Assembly: GCA_030141605.1 (NCBI GenBank)
Contig: JAQGDQ010000308.1
Coordinates: forward strand, 218,158 to 282,157
Length of the DNA: 64,000 bases
Origin: Tubiluchus corallicola
Taxonomy: Eukaryota; Animalia; Priapulida
Reading direction: 5' to 3'
Shown piece after piece: positions 26,301 through 54,400 of this stretch. Under the pieces are notes generated by a model. That model saw only the letters and a list, made by a program, of their open reading frames with translations. It did no database searches and had not been told where the DNA came from. The position numbers and the translations under genes are program-made. Within the stretch, counting starts at the first letter, position 1. Each line of letters starts with the position of its first letter.

Positions 26301-29300
26301 GTTGATAAGTAAATTCAAGAATTATTAAAAACTGGTGCTCTAAAGCCTTATAAAACCAATGAACAACCACGACGTGTGACACCAATGTGGTCCTTAAGAA
26401 AAGAGATAAACTGCAATTAATTGTTGATCTCATATCTTTGAATGAGCATTGTAAACTGCCATCGTTCCAATGTGAAGACATTAATGCATGTTTACATAGG
26501 TAGCACATGTTAGACTCGGGTACTCTATTCTGTATACCCATCGGGTATTCGGAAACCCAACTGTTAAGATTCAACAGCAAAAAGTAATCATTTACATTCA
26601 CAAATAAAAACAACCACTGGGGCATTTAAACTAACTGCACTGTTATGTTAACAACAAGCATTCATTTATTACACCCAAAAGCCTGAAGACACGAGCTGTA
26701 AGTTAGGGTTGGTGTTTTCCCCACACAAGGCATTTGACTGAGTTTTTATCTGTCAGACCCTAATTACTTCATTGCAGTCAATGAGTCAGCTACATCAGCC
26801 TAATTAGTATTGCGCTGAGCACTATTAATACAGCGTAGGAATTATGGGAGTAAAATAATCTATATTACACTTTTTGTGTGTTGTTGAACTTAACAATCTG
26901 TTTCTTCATACCTTTGTTAGTGGCCTGAAATACTTCCTTAAATGTCAATAAACAACTTTATTTGGATAGTTAACCTTCAGGTAAAGAAATTATAGTTTGT
27001 CTTTTGTAGGTCACCCCTACAGCAAAATCTGCCAACTGACAGAGATAACAAAGATAATTGCTGCTGGTTTGCAAATGCTTTAGTATAGTAGTTCAAATAA
27101 TAATGAGTAATAATTTACTAGTGATCAACTCTAATGTGTTTGAGTGTAGGCTGGCATTGTGCTGCTAGAGAGTTCTTTTTAATAATGTGTTTCAATACTT
27201 TAAACATGTCACAGTATTAACACATATTGCTTTTTTCCTGAAGCTATTCTTTGCACCTGCAAGTTAGCAGAGCTGCTAACTAGAATGAGTTAGGAATGCA
27301 AAATATCTGTCATAAAGATGCCCTGGCGAGCTGCCAGTGAGGCAGAAAGTGGCATTTAAATTTTAAATTATTAAACAATTGATATCACATTAACAATAAT
27401 GTCAGCATTTTCATTGTTAGAATTTGGTAGAATTATCGGACTCGTGTGATAAGTAATGATAGGTAATTACTCGTGTACTCAGGTAACGACGGAGACATTA
27501 TCTTGTTTACACGTAAAACTCAAAACAGCATAATAATGAAATAACAAAATAATAAAATAACTCAATAAGCAGCAACTCATCTAAGTTTGCAAACTTATGA
27601 TACAAAAATCACTGCACTCTAAACCAAGCCATTGTAAACTAAAAAAGAACTGCTTTTTAATGAACTCCCACTAACATTGTTCATATGTTTACACAATTAC
27701 CTTGACTCAAATGAAGTAAGATCACCGAATGGGTCCACTGTTGCTGGTGCTTGCGATGATACTGCTGTAGGCTGAACTGGAATATTTGAAGACATGTCTA
27801 AATCTAACAGAGAGTCGACGTAGCTTGATGTTTGCTGTGCACTTGTGCTACTAGGAACAGCAGGTTGTACAACAGGAGAACGTCTTCCTAATTGTAACAA
27901 ATACATTAAAAATATTATAACAAAAGAAGCAAATACTTTTATATAGTAATTAATCTAGCATTTAAAAATACAGCCTTTTTTAACGTAAATTGTTGCAGGC
28001 ACATGGCAAGACTGGAAGTGGCATCCTAAGATTAGGGATGCACATATATCTTGTTCTTCAATGAAATAAACAGTCAAGGGCAATATAACAGATGAAACTG
28101 CCTGTAACCCCAGAAAAATTAGCTAAAAAAACACTTCTAACACAAAGCAATTTAATCAAATTCTGATAAATATTAAATAGCTCACACCACTTTTTACAGC
28201 AATTCATGCATTGCTGAGGGTCAACGGTTTTTTAGGGATTTCCAAAATTTAGTCCCAAAATTCCAAATTCCCACTTTTAAGACTTAGACGACTCATTCTT
28301 TTCTACTAGGAAATGATGAGACAATGAGAAGTAAATCAAATATAGATGTTCCGAGGTTATTGGTAATAAAAATGAACTTAAAATAAACTGTGGTGTTGTA
28401 CCCTTTCTCAGTCATAGATAACTACAATGTTTACACAGTCAGCTGAATCTAGACTAATAGTGAGTTTCCAAAATGATGTCACAACAGTCAGTCAGAATGG
28501 AAAAATATATTTTGCTATAGTCCCTTAACTCTCCTGTCAAATTTTTGATGAATTTAAAAATTTAAGTTTTTTAAACATCACGAGACAAGACAAAACTAGC
28601 TTTACAAAGTAAAGTAGACACATTGATGCTACTTAGCTCAAAATCTTGCATAAACTGTCAACACTGACTATAATATTACAATCAGCTTACAATTACAAAA
28701 CAAGCTCTACAGTGCAAATGATTCTGGTCTAGTCAAATCATCGCAATGACAGAATCACACAACATCTCAGTGATGTCAGTTTCACTTTCACGGTCATGAA
28801 AAAGCATTTTACGACTGTAGCGAAAACTTTCCAATTTATGTAATCTTGTTTCTGGTGCAAAAGGGCAACTTTTTGCCAGCAAAGATAAAATAACCGTCTG
28901 TTATAGCATTATAGCAACTAACACCTTGGCTTTACTGTACAATACGCCAAAACCTGGTAAACCTTAGTAAGTCTGGTAATAGCTTATCTAATTTCACAGT
29001 TCTTTTAACCAATCTTCTTATCTAGTTGTAGTAACTGATGAAATTAAGAATGCAAGCATAGAAAAATTTCACTAGATTAACAAAATTACATTGCTGCATA
29101 TGATATGATTGGAGCGAGTCGAAACTGGAAATCTACAATGATACTAAAACTTTATTAAAAGATTCCGCTTCTTGGAAGACTTAAGAACGAGTCCTCGAGA
29201 GGACCATGCAGGGGGTGGCACATGAGGGGTGACGAATTTATATCATTTTTTTCTAACATGAAGGGCGACCCCCCCAAAACCATGTAACCAAGATATCAAA

Positions 29301-32300
29301 TCGATCGAGCTACTATTGGCAGAGAAATGACCACATCAAGAAATTGACCTCAAATGAGGCAAAAAATCGCTATTTTGGGGTGTTATTTTAACTTTTTCTC
29401 CTGTATAAACTATTATAGATGGGTCAATGTAAGTTGGCTGGTACATAGACCCAGACATTGTCTTCTGATATCCTAACTTTTTTAAATTCGGCTCTTTGTT
29501 AAGAGTCCAGGGAGAGGTTAAGTTGCAAGGCTCATAACTCGCCCACTGCAGGGCTACAGAACTTCTGGTTTTCATGTATGTGTTAACCATCATCCTCACT
29601 AATAATATAAAAAAGAAAATTCGCTGGAGCCTGTTTCAGTATTTAGTACTGGCACTTTAAAATTTCACAAAAATCAGCAAAATTCACCTTTTTTGTAGTT
29701 TTTCAATATTTTTTCTATCTATATGTTGGATTATAAGTGGCAAAATCTGCATTCTAAATTTCATGAAAATGCACGAGCTGAGATAATATCATGACTGCCA
29801 TATCAACACAATTTTTTACTTTCCATAGTAATTCCGTCCATGTGTAAAAAGTAGACATACTTGGCTCAGGTCGTGTATGACAGTGGACATTTAGCCATGT
29901 TTAACCTGCATTTTCTGTGACTAGTGCTCTCATTTCCCAGTAGCAATAGATTCCTTTTCAATTTCATCTTCAATTGGTTTAGTTATGTCGGAATTTTCAT
30001 ATGACTACAAATATGATTAACTGCCTCTTCTGATGGATTTCAAGACAGGACATCATGCATGCCCGTAGTACCGAGTCCGACCCTGATTCAGGGTATTCTC
30101 TGATTCTCTACACACTAAATCGCTAATGGATACCAGGACTAAACAATAAGCCCTCTATTAGGAAAGAAGTACCGATTGTTAAGATTGAGAGTCACTGCTA
30201 GCAAAAGAATCTGACAACATTCGGTATATACATATAAAATAGAAATCCATTAATTTTTTATACTTTTTATATGAATAAGCTTCATGGCTATACATAGAAG
30301 ATTATGAATATCAGTACAAAAATGAAAAACTACAAAACTCAAGTCAGAATTAATTACTCTAAGTCCAAAATACTGTTCCTATTGTAGCAGCATAATCCTA
30401 TCACTGAAGAGTAGTACAAGTAATCAAAACCATAATATCTAAATAATAGAGAAAGAATTATCGATGCAGGTTCCATAGAAGATAGATACAGAAAAATAGA
30501 CAAATATATCATGGGGAAAGTGATAAAGCGAAGATCTTACAGTCTGAACATGAGACAATATAAGCGTATGGGCCACTTCTAAGGAGATGGCGGTGATATT
30601 TAGCTCAGAAAATTTTTCTTCGCCCAAAATTTATTTGTGGCATAAAATCGATACTTCTGACAAAAAATACTAATAGTGTGATTGAATGATTGCGCCAATG
30701 GCACAAAAATTTTCGATGTTTTACAGTCAAAAAATCACCGGACAAATGATATTTTGTGGGAAGTCTGTCCCATATTTTTTGGGCATTCGCTCAGATTTAG
30801 GGCAATTTTCTTTCTGTCCTGGCTTGTACGCCTATGTAAGACAATGAATAATAACTAGGTAGTACCCTGTACATAACATTTACAAAGCATAGAAAATAAA
30901 CAGTACATAAAACATTTTCCAGTCCTTACAAGAAGCAATTTCCATTCCGTAGATATTTCATTTGCTTGAAGATGGAAGTGCTCTAAATGTGGTCTAGTGT
31001 CTTTAGTACAGGCTAATAGATTCACAATATTTGTTTCGTGTGGATAACTAGTCACAATGCCGCATTTAACGCTGGTAAACAGCCCAGAAAACAAACATTT
31101 TAGTTCAGCAGTGGCAGTCATCTCTATTCCTGTCGGTAGTTTAACCAATGTGCTGGCCAGGCCCCTAGTTGCCAAAGATGAATATTTGTGACGTTTTGAA
31201 GTATTTTGACAAGATTTGACAACTCATGTTTACCTACACGAAGGTTTTTGATGAAGGTTGTTACCTATATTTTCACCCTGATATATGCCTCTTTCAGGGG
31301 TCATTTACAATAGGGTGGAAATTCGCTCCATCGAAATTGTCACTGCAGCATAGTGGGATGGGATACTCTATTGACATACATATCGATATTTTTGTCCCCG
31401 CCCCCGCAGTGGGTGAGATATAAGACTTTGAAATGAATGAGTATTTGCATCTTGTGCGTAATGCGAGCTTAAAGACCCCCAGTAGAGCCGAAAGAGGGGG
31501 GTTTGGGACAAAAGTCGAAAAGTCATTTTGGAGAAGATAACAAGATCCAATACTGTACAGAGTCAGATCTATTCAAACTCAGTGATTGCTGCATGGCTAA
31601 TCCTTCAAATATGAGTAAAAAATAGAGAAAAATAGGTATTTTTTCATGAAAATCGGCCTATGCCGTACCTCTGCTACTATGAGGAGTTGGGCCAAAAGGA
31701 TTCACATAGTGAATACTAGTGACTAGTTGTCCTCATAGCCGAACTTTGGTCTGAATCGGTTTACCTAACCTTGTGCCGGAATTTTTCGATTTTGCATGGT
31801 CTTCTCGCGGACGCGTTCTTAACAGCTAAAATCTCAATACCTGAGTCGGCTGTTCTTATTAAACAAGTGTAGCTCAAAATAACATATAAATATTTTATGG
31901 AAAAGTCAAATATTGAAGGTTTAGCATACCGTGACTAGGAGATCCTCTCACTGGATTGCCAGTTGAAGGAGGGGGAGCAAGAGTGGGAATCTTACTTCCC
32001 GGAGGAGGAGGAAGCATTCCTATTCCACCACCAGTAGCTTTAGGTCGTTTTGTTTCTCCTGTTCTTTTCCCCTATTAATGTAAAATTTTTCTCGCATCAA
32101 CATAACATTTTTTTATGTATTTTTGAAGGTGTTATGTCAAAATCTGCCAGATAAAATTACAGAAAACGGAGGAGGAGGAAGCATTTCTATTCCACCAACA
32201 GTAGCTTTAGGTCGTTTTGTTTCTCCTGTTCTTTTCCCCTATTAATGTAAAATTTTTCTCGCATCAACATAACATTTTTTTATGTATCTTTGAAGGTGTT

Positions 32301-35300
32301 ACGTCAAAATCTGCCAGATAAAATTACAGAAAATGTGAATTATAAGTTATGATAGTGATATCAACTATAAGTTGGTTCATTCAAAATAAACAGATGTTAA
32401 ACTTCAAACACAGAGTTATAATAGAAAATACTACAGCTCAAAATTACTCTTTATTATTAGAGCCCAGAGCCGTGCCATTTCACTTTAGCTTCAGCCAGTT
32501 TATTTCTACAGGTGAACCAGCTGATGTTGTACTTTACAATATCTTCTTTATGATAGTCTACTAAAATAATACACATTTAGCAAAATATGTGTAATGACAA
32601 GCCTATATTTCTATGACACTTTTCATTACTACTGTGAACAATAAAAACAAATTCATAATAATTTAAACAGAGGACAAACATTGCACTTTAAAATACAGGA
32701 ACCGTCATTAGTAGCTACCAAATCTATGTGGTTCATTCATGCATGTAGAGGTATTCGTGCTTACTTACTATACTTGACGAAAATATAGTTGAACTTCCAA
32801 CTACTATTAGACACAAAATTTTGCAAAAATTGTGAAAATTTCAAGTTAAGGTCAACTCAGATTTGTTTCTTACAATTTCAAATGATAACAACATATAATT
32901 TCTAATTTTAAAATCACCTTCAAACTGATGGTCATTTCACTGAAATGCATGCATGAATTACTAATTAATATAAAGTATTAGTATATTACCCCAATATTAA
33001 TGGATATCGTCTGCCCTTCTTTAAAGGCCAAATCAAGCGCAGGTTGAACTGATTTTTCTTTCTGTTCAATTTCTTCTGTTTTTTGAACAAGTCTGAAACA
33101 TTAGCAGAAAGTTCACTTATGCATGCTCACAAGTGACAGCCAAAATCATAAAAATCTGTAGCACACAGACATATTGCACGAATGACAGAGTAATACACAA
33201 ATGAGAATGCTGGTCAATCAAGACCATATCAGACCAGGCTTGTCTTAAAATGTTTTAAAAATTCGAGGCGCTTGCAGATTAACTGACAGAATGTTGCAAA
33301 AAAATTCTCACCCCTGACTGCTTTACTAAAAGTCTAGGAAAACCAGGGCTCGGCTGTGTTGAAACAAAATAAAAACAAATTTATACTTTAACCAACTAAA
33401 ACTAAATAGTGCACTTTTACCAGTAGTTAAACCATCTATGGCAGCAATAGAGCTAACATTTAAAAATGCAAAAAAAGAATTTTAGTCAAATAAAAAAATA
33501 TTCCTATTCCTTTATTTGGTTTATTGACAACTCGGCAGTCTTGTTAAGAACTGATAATAATCATTAGAAAAACTTACTTAAAATGATCTTGTAAGGTAAC
33601 ATTCAGATCAAAAGAATCACTTCGATCAGCAAAACCAATTCCAATAAATGCAGTTCGTCCTAAAAACATTATTACATCACAAAAAGTGCTAAATAAATAA
33701 TCTTTAACAAACAATCCAAATTTGAATAAATGAATGAGAAAATCTTGATTGCCTTTTTATGTACAGCTTTAGCTTTTGATACAGACAGGCGAGTACTTTG
33801 GTAATTAAATTGCTATTAGTTTCAACATTCACGACATAATTTTGTTTGAAATCCAGTCTTAGTATTTAAAACATAAAGGCTAAAAACCTACCATAAAAAT
33901 ATTGATAAATTTAGCTCAAAAAATAAAATAAATAGACTTAATCAAACTCTACCTGTAGTATCCATAATTCTTATAACGAAATATCGACTTGAATCGTTCA
34001 CTGCCTCCACTGCAACTCCAGGGTATGATTCTATTGGACATTGTGCAAACAATTCACCAGATTTATCTTCTAGCTTCAGAAAGACAGTTTTGTCATTTGA
34101 TACAAGTCTCATTCGTCCAGACCAATCAGGATTCTGCAGGTCCCAGTCTGCTGCCCTGGAAATATATAGAAAATTAATCATTAACACAATGTATCAAGGT
34201 ACAGTGGTAAATTTACCAAATTCATCTATGACACTATAACATTTTTTGAATTACAGCAAGTTAAAAAACAAATAAACCTGTTTATGATACATATCACAAA
34301 AGCAATCGTTAGTATACTGATCTGTGACTAAAATCATTATGGTGAATCAATGACTGCATGACATAATTTAAAATACAAGAGTGATCTTATCTTGTTATTC
34401 ATTCTCTTTGAGAGAAATGAATGGCTGGCATAGTTGTGATTGTCATTGTCACAAAGCCCTGTCCAGCCTTGGCAAAGTATAAGGTTTTAACTGATGATTA
34501 TTTCGCGAAATAAATTTGGGATTTCAACCCCTAGTCATGCAACTTCGGTTTTATTTCAAAATAATGACAAGGATAGAACTAAAAGCTTACTCAGTGATAA
34601 AATGAAAAATTGTTGCAAAGTTTGAGTGTGTTATATCTGTAGTTTTTCCTTTCTCTGCCAAGCAGCAGTTTTTCTAACTGCTCACCTTCATCCAGAAAGG
34701 TTTATGGCCCGGAACTGAACTGAACAGTTCAACTACATTTGCTCCTAATCTAAAATTTAATCCAAATTAACTGAACTATGGTAAGACAAGATACAAATTA
34801 CTCACAATCATCCTATAGGTTCAAAATGATATTATCTTTGCAGTGCAAGTTAGTGTGGCAGCACTGATTTGTGCAATAAAGAATGCTTTTGCTTAATACA
34901 GTTCATTTCTATCGAGAATGGAGAATTGTGACATAATAAAACATAAAATTAAATTTGTTTTAGAAAAAAAAGTAAATTTATGATAATGATGGATAGTCCT
35001 TGACAATTTACAAATGATTTTTTACAACAACATCATCATTATTATTAATTTCATTAACAATTAACTGTGTATGGCACATAGTTTGCTAGCCCACTAACTT
35101 AGTAGAAAACAATTATTTGTCCAAGAAGTAGTGAAACGGTTCATCTGCCTGTTGGAAAAGTGGGCTTATTTCACTTAAAAAAGATTAATATCGTGGCCAA
35201 ATTTAATATTGGCCGATCTGCTACATCAGAATAAGATTCTTTTATTTTATCAAAAAATAAATAATAAATTATTCAACGCGTATTGACGTTTTCAATTATT

Positions 35301-35657
35301 ATTATTAATTAAATAAGGACAATAGACGTTGCCAGTACGGACTCAATTCGGGACGTGTCTCAAGCGTCCTACTTGGGCTAGCACGTGTACGCCAATTGTC
35401 CTACTTCGGCTAATGCCCTTCTCCGTTTCCAACACTTATGAAATAATTATTTTCTAGGCTTAAAAGTTGAAGCTAATTTTAATACTTTTTCATCTATTTT
35501 GCGTTGCTATTATCTCTGAACATAAGCAAGGCAAAAATATAGATAATTAAACAAAAACGAGCGCTACGCACCTGTATCCTCTATTCGACTGCCTGGGTGG
35601 AATCTTGTAAACGAATATTTCATTTTTAACAAGCAAAACTCTTTCATAATCTGCCAT
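20359..35657 (-). CDS. NECAP1: NECAP (adaptin ear-binding coat-associated protein), 288 aa, 7 exons
   Basis: Exons (minus): 35657-35572, 34155-33953, 33659-33578, 33092-32990, 32071-31930, 27887-27701, 20422-20359, with matching phases. PHear domain [73 protein letters not shown], then [21 protein letters not shown] and a C-terminal WxxF motif (WMGF-COOH). The symbol stands for the NECAP1/2 family. Confidence 0.95.
20972..21828. mobile_element. Foldback-like non-autonomous element with inverted arrays of TTTCCCAGAAA-type subrepeats
   Basis: The left arm (about 20981-21135) has repeated tttcccagaa(aa). The right arm (about 21661-21816) has the reverse complement ttctgggaaa. A purine-rich tract lies inside at about 21521-21600. 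The outermost termini do not match. Confidence 0.6.
23055..25408. mobile_element. Family A Tc1/mariner-type element copy 2, with nested insertions
   Basis: Same TIRs (CAGTAGGCGCCGCTTAATAGACTC / GAGTCTATTAAGCAGCGACTACT) with TA flanks. 24695-25408 is an inverted match to copy 1. Confidence 0.75.
23974..24698 (+). mobile_element. LINE (L2/CR1 group) 3' fragment nested in the family A element
   Basis: ORF C-terminus '[37 protein letters not shown]', then AATAAA near 24666 and a (TA)n run. Confidence 0.75.
29185..31818. mobile_element. 2.6-kb DNA transposon with 26-bp TIRs and TTAA target duplication (Kolobok- or Sola3-like) in NECAP intron 5
   Basis: ttaa|GAACGAGTCCTCGAGAGGACCATGCA ... TGCATGGTCTTCTCGCGGACGCGTTC|ttaa, with 3 mismatches in 26 bp. 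The GA...TC termini are not the CC...GG termini of piggyBac. An internal minus-strand ORF fragment lies at 30855-31175. Confidence 0.8.
32000..32333. repeat. 167-bp tandem duplication covering the NECAP exon 5 acceptor and the first 72 coding nt
   Basis: Copies 32000-32166 and 32167-32333 differ at only a few positions. Confidence 0.95.
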
Positions 35658-35731
35658 CGTAAACGCTGACAAGCTCGACGACAAGAAAGGTTTTAGCGTC
35701 CTCTTTTATACACAATTCATACTAAAAGTTA

Positions 35732-35763
<32 letters not shown>

Positions 35764-37207
35764 ACTCAAGGAGATTTCTGTGGTGTGGCGCGCCCTTCTC
35801 CACTGGTGTTAAGGCTACACCTACATTTGCTCCAAGTCTTTCATGTTTGTAAGAAGTAAAATGTTTTATTATATTGTCGTAATTAGAGGTTAAGAGAGTA
35901 CAATAACAGAAACCCCATAAGTATTTTTTTACGTTGATGCCTTGAATCTCTTAATGGTACTAGCGATCAGTATTAGTGGGTTTAGGTAACAAAAAAAAAC
36001 ATCAGTCAAGTTATGTCAAACTGTACGCGACTTCAGTAATAGTTAGTCAAATCTCAGGACGATAAATAAAAGTAAGTGGCCTATATACATAGAGTGCAAT
36101 AGACAAATTATTATGTCAGAAACATGTAGAAGGAGCGAATCGATGTCCAGGAGATTAAATAACAGGAAAGGATGATCTTTCATTAAGTATATGTATAAGA
36201 AGAGAAAAAATATTATTTAATTTTTCAATGTTCAAGGACACTTTGATGATTGAATTTAAAGGGATGAGATTATATAGGTTTATTGAATATAGACATCTAT
36301 ACATAATACGGGGATAGCATGGGATAATATGTGAATTATAATTCATGGTAAGTATTAAGTATAATCAACATGGTCACGTGTTTTAGGCATCGTTATAATT
36401 AGTGTGATCAAAATGAATCATTTTACTTGACCTTGCTTCATGCAGTGTTTTGACAATATTTAACGTCAGCTGTTTGCTGAAGTCCATTATAATATATATA
36501 GCGCTCTCCCGCTCAACTCAGAGCATTTGCTTAACTCGAAGTCTCGGAGTTACTCCTCAAATTTCTAAATTATAGCTTTAAATAATAACTTACAATAACT
36601 TCTAATTTATCATCAAAATTAATATCCATTCATGTTCGTTTGGTTGTCACTGGTGTTCACGGATTTGCATACTCCTGAGCAGTAGGCATAATTATATGAT
36701 CTACAATTTTTTGTAGTAATGTGGATCGCTAAGCAATTGTAAAAAATTCAAATTGCACCGACTTACCCAAAACTTAATAGGCACTGAGTATGACCCATAT
36801 ACTTTGTACCTCAAGCCTGCAAGCTTACTCTCCATGGCTGAGAAAATGAGTCGATCTCGAGACTAAAGACGAGCAAAAGTTGGCAATGAGACAGAATGAA
36901 CCGACAGCGCAACTATAATAGCGCTGATAATTATCTTGGTTATGTAGGAATTATTAATTTTTGTGATGTTGGAAATTTTCTGTGTTTTGGCGCTAAAAAG
37001 TGGACAAATTACTAGAAAATTTTATATTTCGCTCCTAGGTGGCGCATTCTTTGCGGATTTTGCGCAGGTGCTAAACGTTTTAAGGAAAGATACGTATTTT
37101 AAGTAGTATTTATCGTATTAATATAACTACTTAAACGCTTATTGTGGCTTTCGAAATTTAGATTCACTGCCGAGTAACTTGGCAATAGCGAAAGGTTGGT
37201 TTCGAGA
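35658..37207. promoter_or_regulatory. Divergent intergenic/promoter region between NECAP and PDE6D
   Basis: Start codons face away from each other 1.55 kb apart. CpG-containing patches, a CTCF-like motif near 37032-37045 and an X-box-like motif at 37174-37186. Confidence 0.6.
35732..35763. repeat. (CT)n microsatellite just upstream of the NECAP start codon
   Basis: ctctctctc... run. Confidence 0.9.
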
Positions 37208-51450
<14,243 letters not shown>

Positions 51451-54400
51451 TCATATGTGCACAAGTGCAGCTATACTGTTCATACAGACTCCATCCGTTA
51501 GTACGAATAGACCCCCTTTTACCAAAAATTCTAAGTGCAATATTTGAGTGAATCACAATGTTTACTTGTTATTGTTATCTCGTGTTTTGTGAAAATGCAC
51601 AATGAAGTAAGAACTAACTTACAATGAGCTTACGTAGGTTCTCATATTATTTGTCGTATTAATCTGCTAGAAAAGCTTTTTGATTAGTCCACTGGTTCAA
51701 AAAACTAGAGAATTTGTTTCTTGCTGTTACAGAAATTATTTTTATAGGCACTTTTTATTTGATTGCAACTACAGTAATATTCAGTATTATTTTTGTTTCC
51801 TAACGTTTTTAAAAAAAAGGAAATTCCACTTTTGAATTACATTAACGTATCTCAGACAGCGAAGATCTGTCATTTGGTGGTGTGGTCTTGTGCAAGCCCC
51901 TAATCACTGGAACATTATTGAATTGAAATGTTTCTTGTTGTTGTATAGAAAATGACTTATTTATTTCGAGGTTTGCTAGTACATATTTTTCGCAGAGAAC
52001 CAGAGATTAATATATTTACCAATTTTCAGATTTCCTGGTAATAGTGAATACATAGAATGTGTGTAATGTACAGATTCTGAGACATTTAGCATTTTGTAAA
52101 TAATAAGAACTAAATATAAAGACTAGAAGATATTTCAAGCATGAATTGGTCTAGATAAAAAAGCTACAGTGTTAATACCATGATGTATTTATTGATTGAA
52201 GAGAAACTTTTCACAGGTAGAGCTGTTGATGGCTATTTTTTATTTTCAAATTTCTGTAAATCAATGTTTTTAAACTACTAACTCATCAAAACAAGCATTT
52301 TGTTTCACAAATCATTAGTTGGAAGATGGCTTTTTATATTGGTTTATATGACAATTCATGACCTTTTTTCATTTAACTTGAAAAATTAATCGAAGATATG
52401 TTACTAATGGATACCTTTGCGTGACTCCTGTCTACTTACAAACAGTGTGATTTTGTTGCACATTTTTTTAAGTTACAGTTTATTTAAAAACACAAACTTT
52501 GAATTTGGTCTTAAAATTAGCTAGCTTTACTATTGAGTTTCAGGTTTAAATGCTTCTATACTCGAGTTAAAGGTTGTTTGCACACAAATTGGAATGATTA
52601 TAATTACCCACCCGTTGAGTATAAAAATATTTGAGCATGTGAAGTCTTTATCAACTATAAAAAGAATATTACACCTTCATATTGTGGGTAATTTCTTTTT
52701 TATATCTGTTATTGTGATTATCTCAGTGAAAACTGGTTTGGTGTTTTTTCCCTAGTTTGCATGCTGTGTTGTTTTTTAATTGTGGTCATTTGTACTTGTG
52801 GCTTTGCAAATTGCAATGCAGTTTTGCTGTTTGTACCTTTTATTATCTTGTACGTGATTGATGTGATTTTAAGCTTTGTTCGTGATGAAATCGAACCTGA
52901 GCATAAATCTGAGTTTTATCATTCAAACATCATTTACCTCGATGGTGTATTAAACTGACATGCAGGGTGAAATTTCTGTGTGTTGTATTATTTTTAGTTT
53001 TCAACTTGCTGTAATTTTGAAGTTATGTAATTGCAGATCAACCAATTAGCCCACTGCACATATTCACTTTTTTTAGGGAAACGTCTCATTAGCTTATTGG
53101 TGATTTTATGTTGAAAAAATGTGAATGGTTGTGGACTTCTGGTGCATTGTTTAAATTTTTATGCATGTTGTGCTATACTGTTAAACTCTTGCAGGTAACT
53201 GGATTTTTGCAGAGTGATAATTCAGGTTTTCAATTTTCAAAAAAATTAATTCAATCTCAGTGTAATCTATTTGCAGAGTACTTTTGCATTGCACATTTGT
53301 TTTGTCTAAATTTTTATTGCCTTGTTAAAGAAAGAAACATATTAAAAATTATTAAAGTATTTCCCTGAAGTAGTTCCACGTTCATTAAACATGGCTGGGC
53401 ATGTCATCTATGCTCGCTGTCCTTCACAAAAACGAACTGGCATATTGAAGAATCTCATATTAACAAATTTGTAAATGCAGCTATGCATTAAATTAATTAT
53501 TATCAATTAAATTAATAGGTAATTCAATACCAGACATTCCAGTTATTATGTGATAAATATTTTTTGTTTAAAAATTAGATTTAGCAAATCTCATAGAGGA
53601 GCTTGCACTTTTGTCTTCTTAGTGATAGTTGATATTAAGCATCTTGATATTAAAATGTCCAAAAAGAATTAACTGTGTACTTTAAATTTGAGCAAATATG
53701 CACAAGCAGCTGCCCGTATTTTTTGTATTCACAAAACATAAAAAGTAACATAATTGGTTAAATCATTTCTGGCATAAAAAGTTAGTATTTCAATGTTAAA
53801 GTAAATTATTTTATTGTAAAGGACAGTTTTGTCCCAACACTGGATGGCTTGACACTAATATTTGTATTTTTTGAATTTCATCTATTTTAAAAATAGATAT
53901 ATCTGGCAAGTGATAGTCAATAGTTATTACATGCAACTTTTTCATGAAGAATGTTACGATTATTGTGTAAATGCTGTTGTACAAAAAATAAAGAATATTT
54001 ATTACCCTAGACAGATAGTAAGATGTCTTATTTTTGTGTCTAAATTATATTTTCAGTATTGCAAACATTTTTTTCTAATAACGATTTATTAATAGTCAAC
54101 AATACAAGTTGTGTATGATAACATGTGAGTTTCAATCCAGATGAAATCGTTTGTTGTCCAGCTTGATGACTATATTGTTACAAAAACAACGGAATTATTA
54201 CACGCCACTCCTCTAAACAAGTTTCATAAATCGCATGCTTATATTAAATTTATGTTATCACTAGAAAGCGTTTCCATTCAACATTGTAGACAGTCGGTCT
54301 TGAAAATGTTCCGAAAGATGCAGACATTGTTATCTTGTTTTGTTAGCGGACCAGTATATCACTTCTAGCATATAGGAAAAGCATTGTCCTGTTTTCCAGC

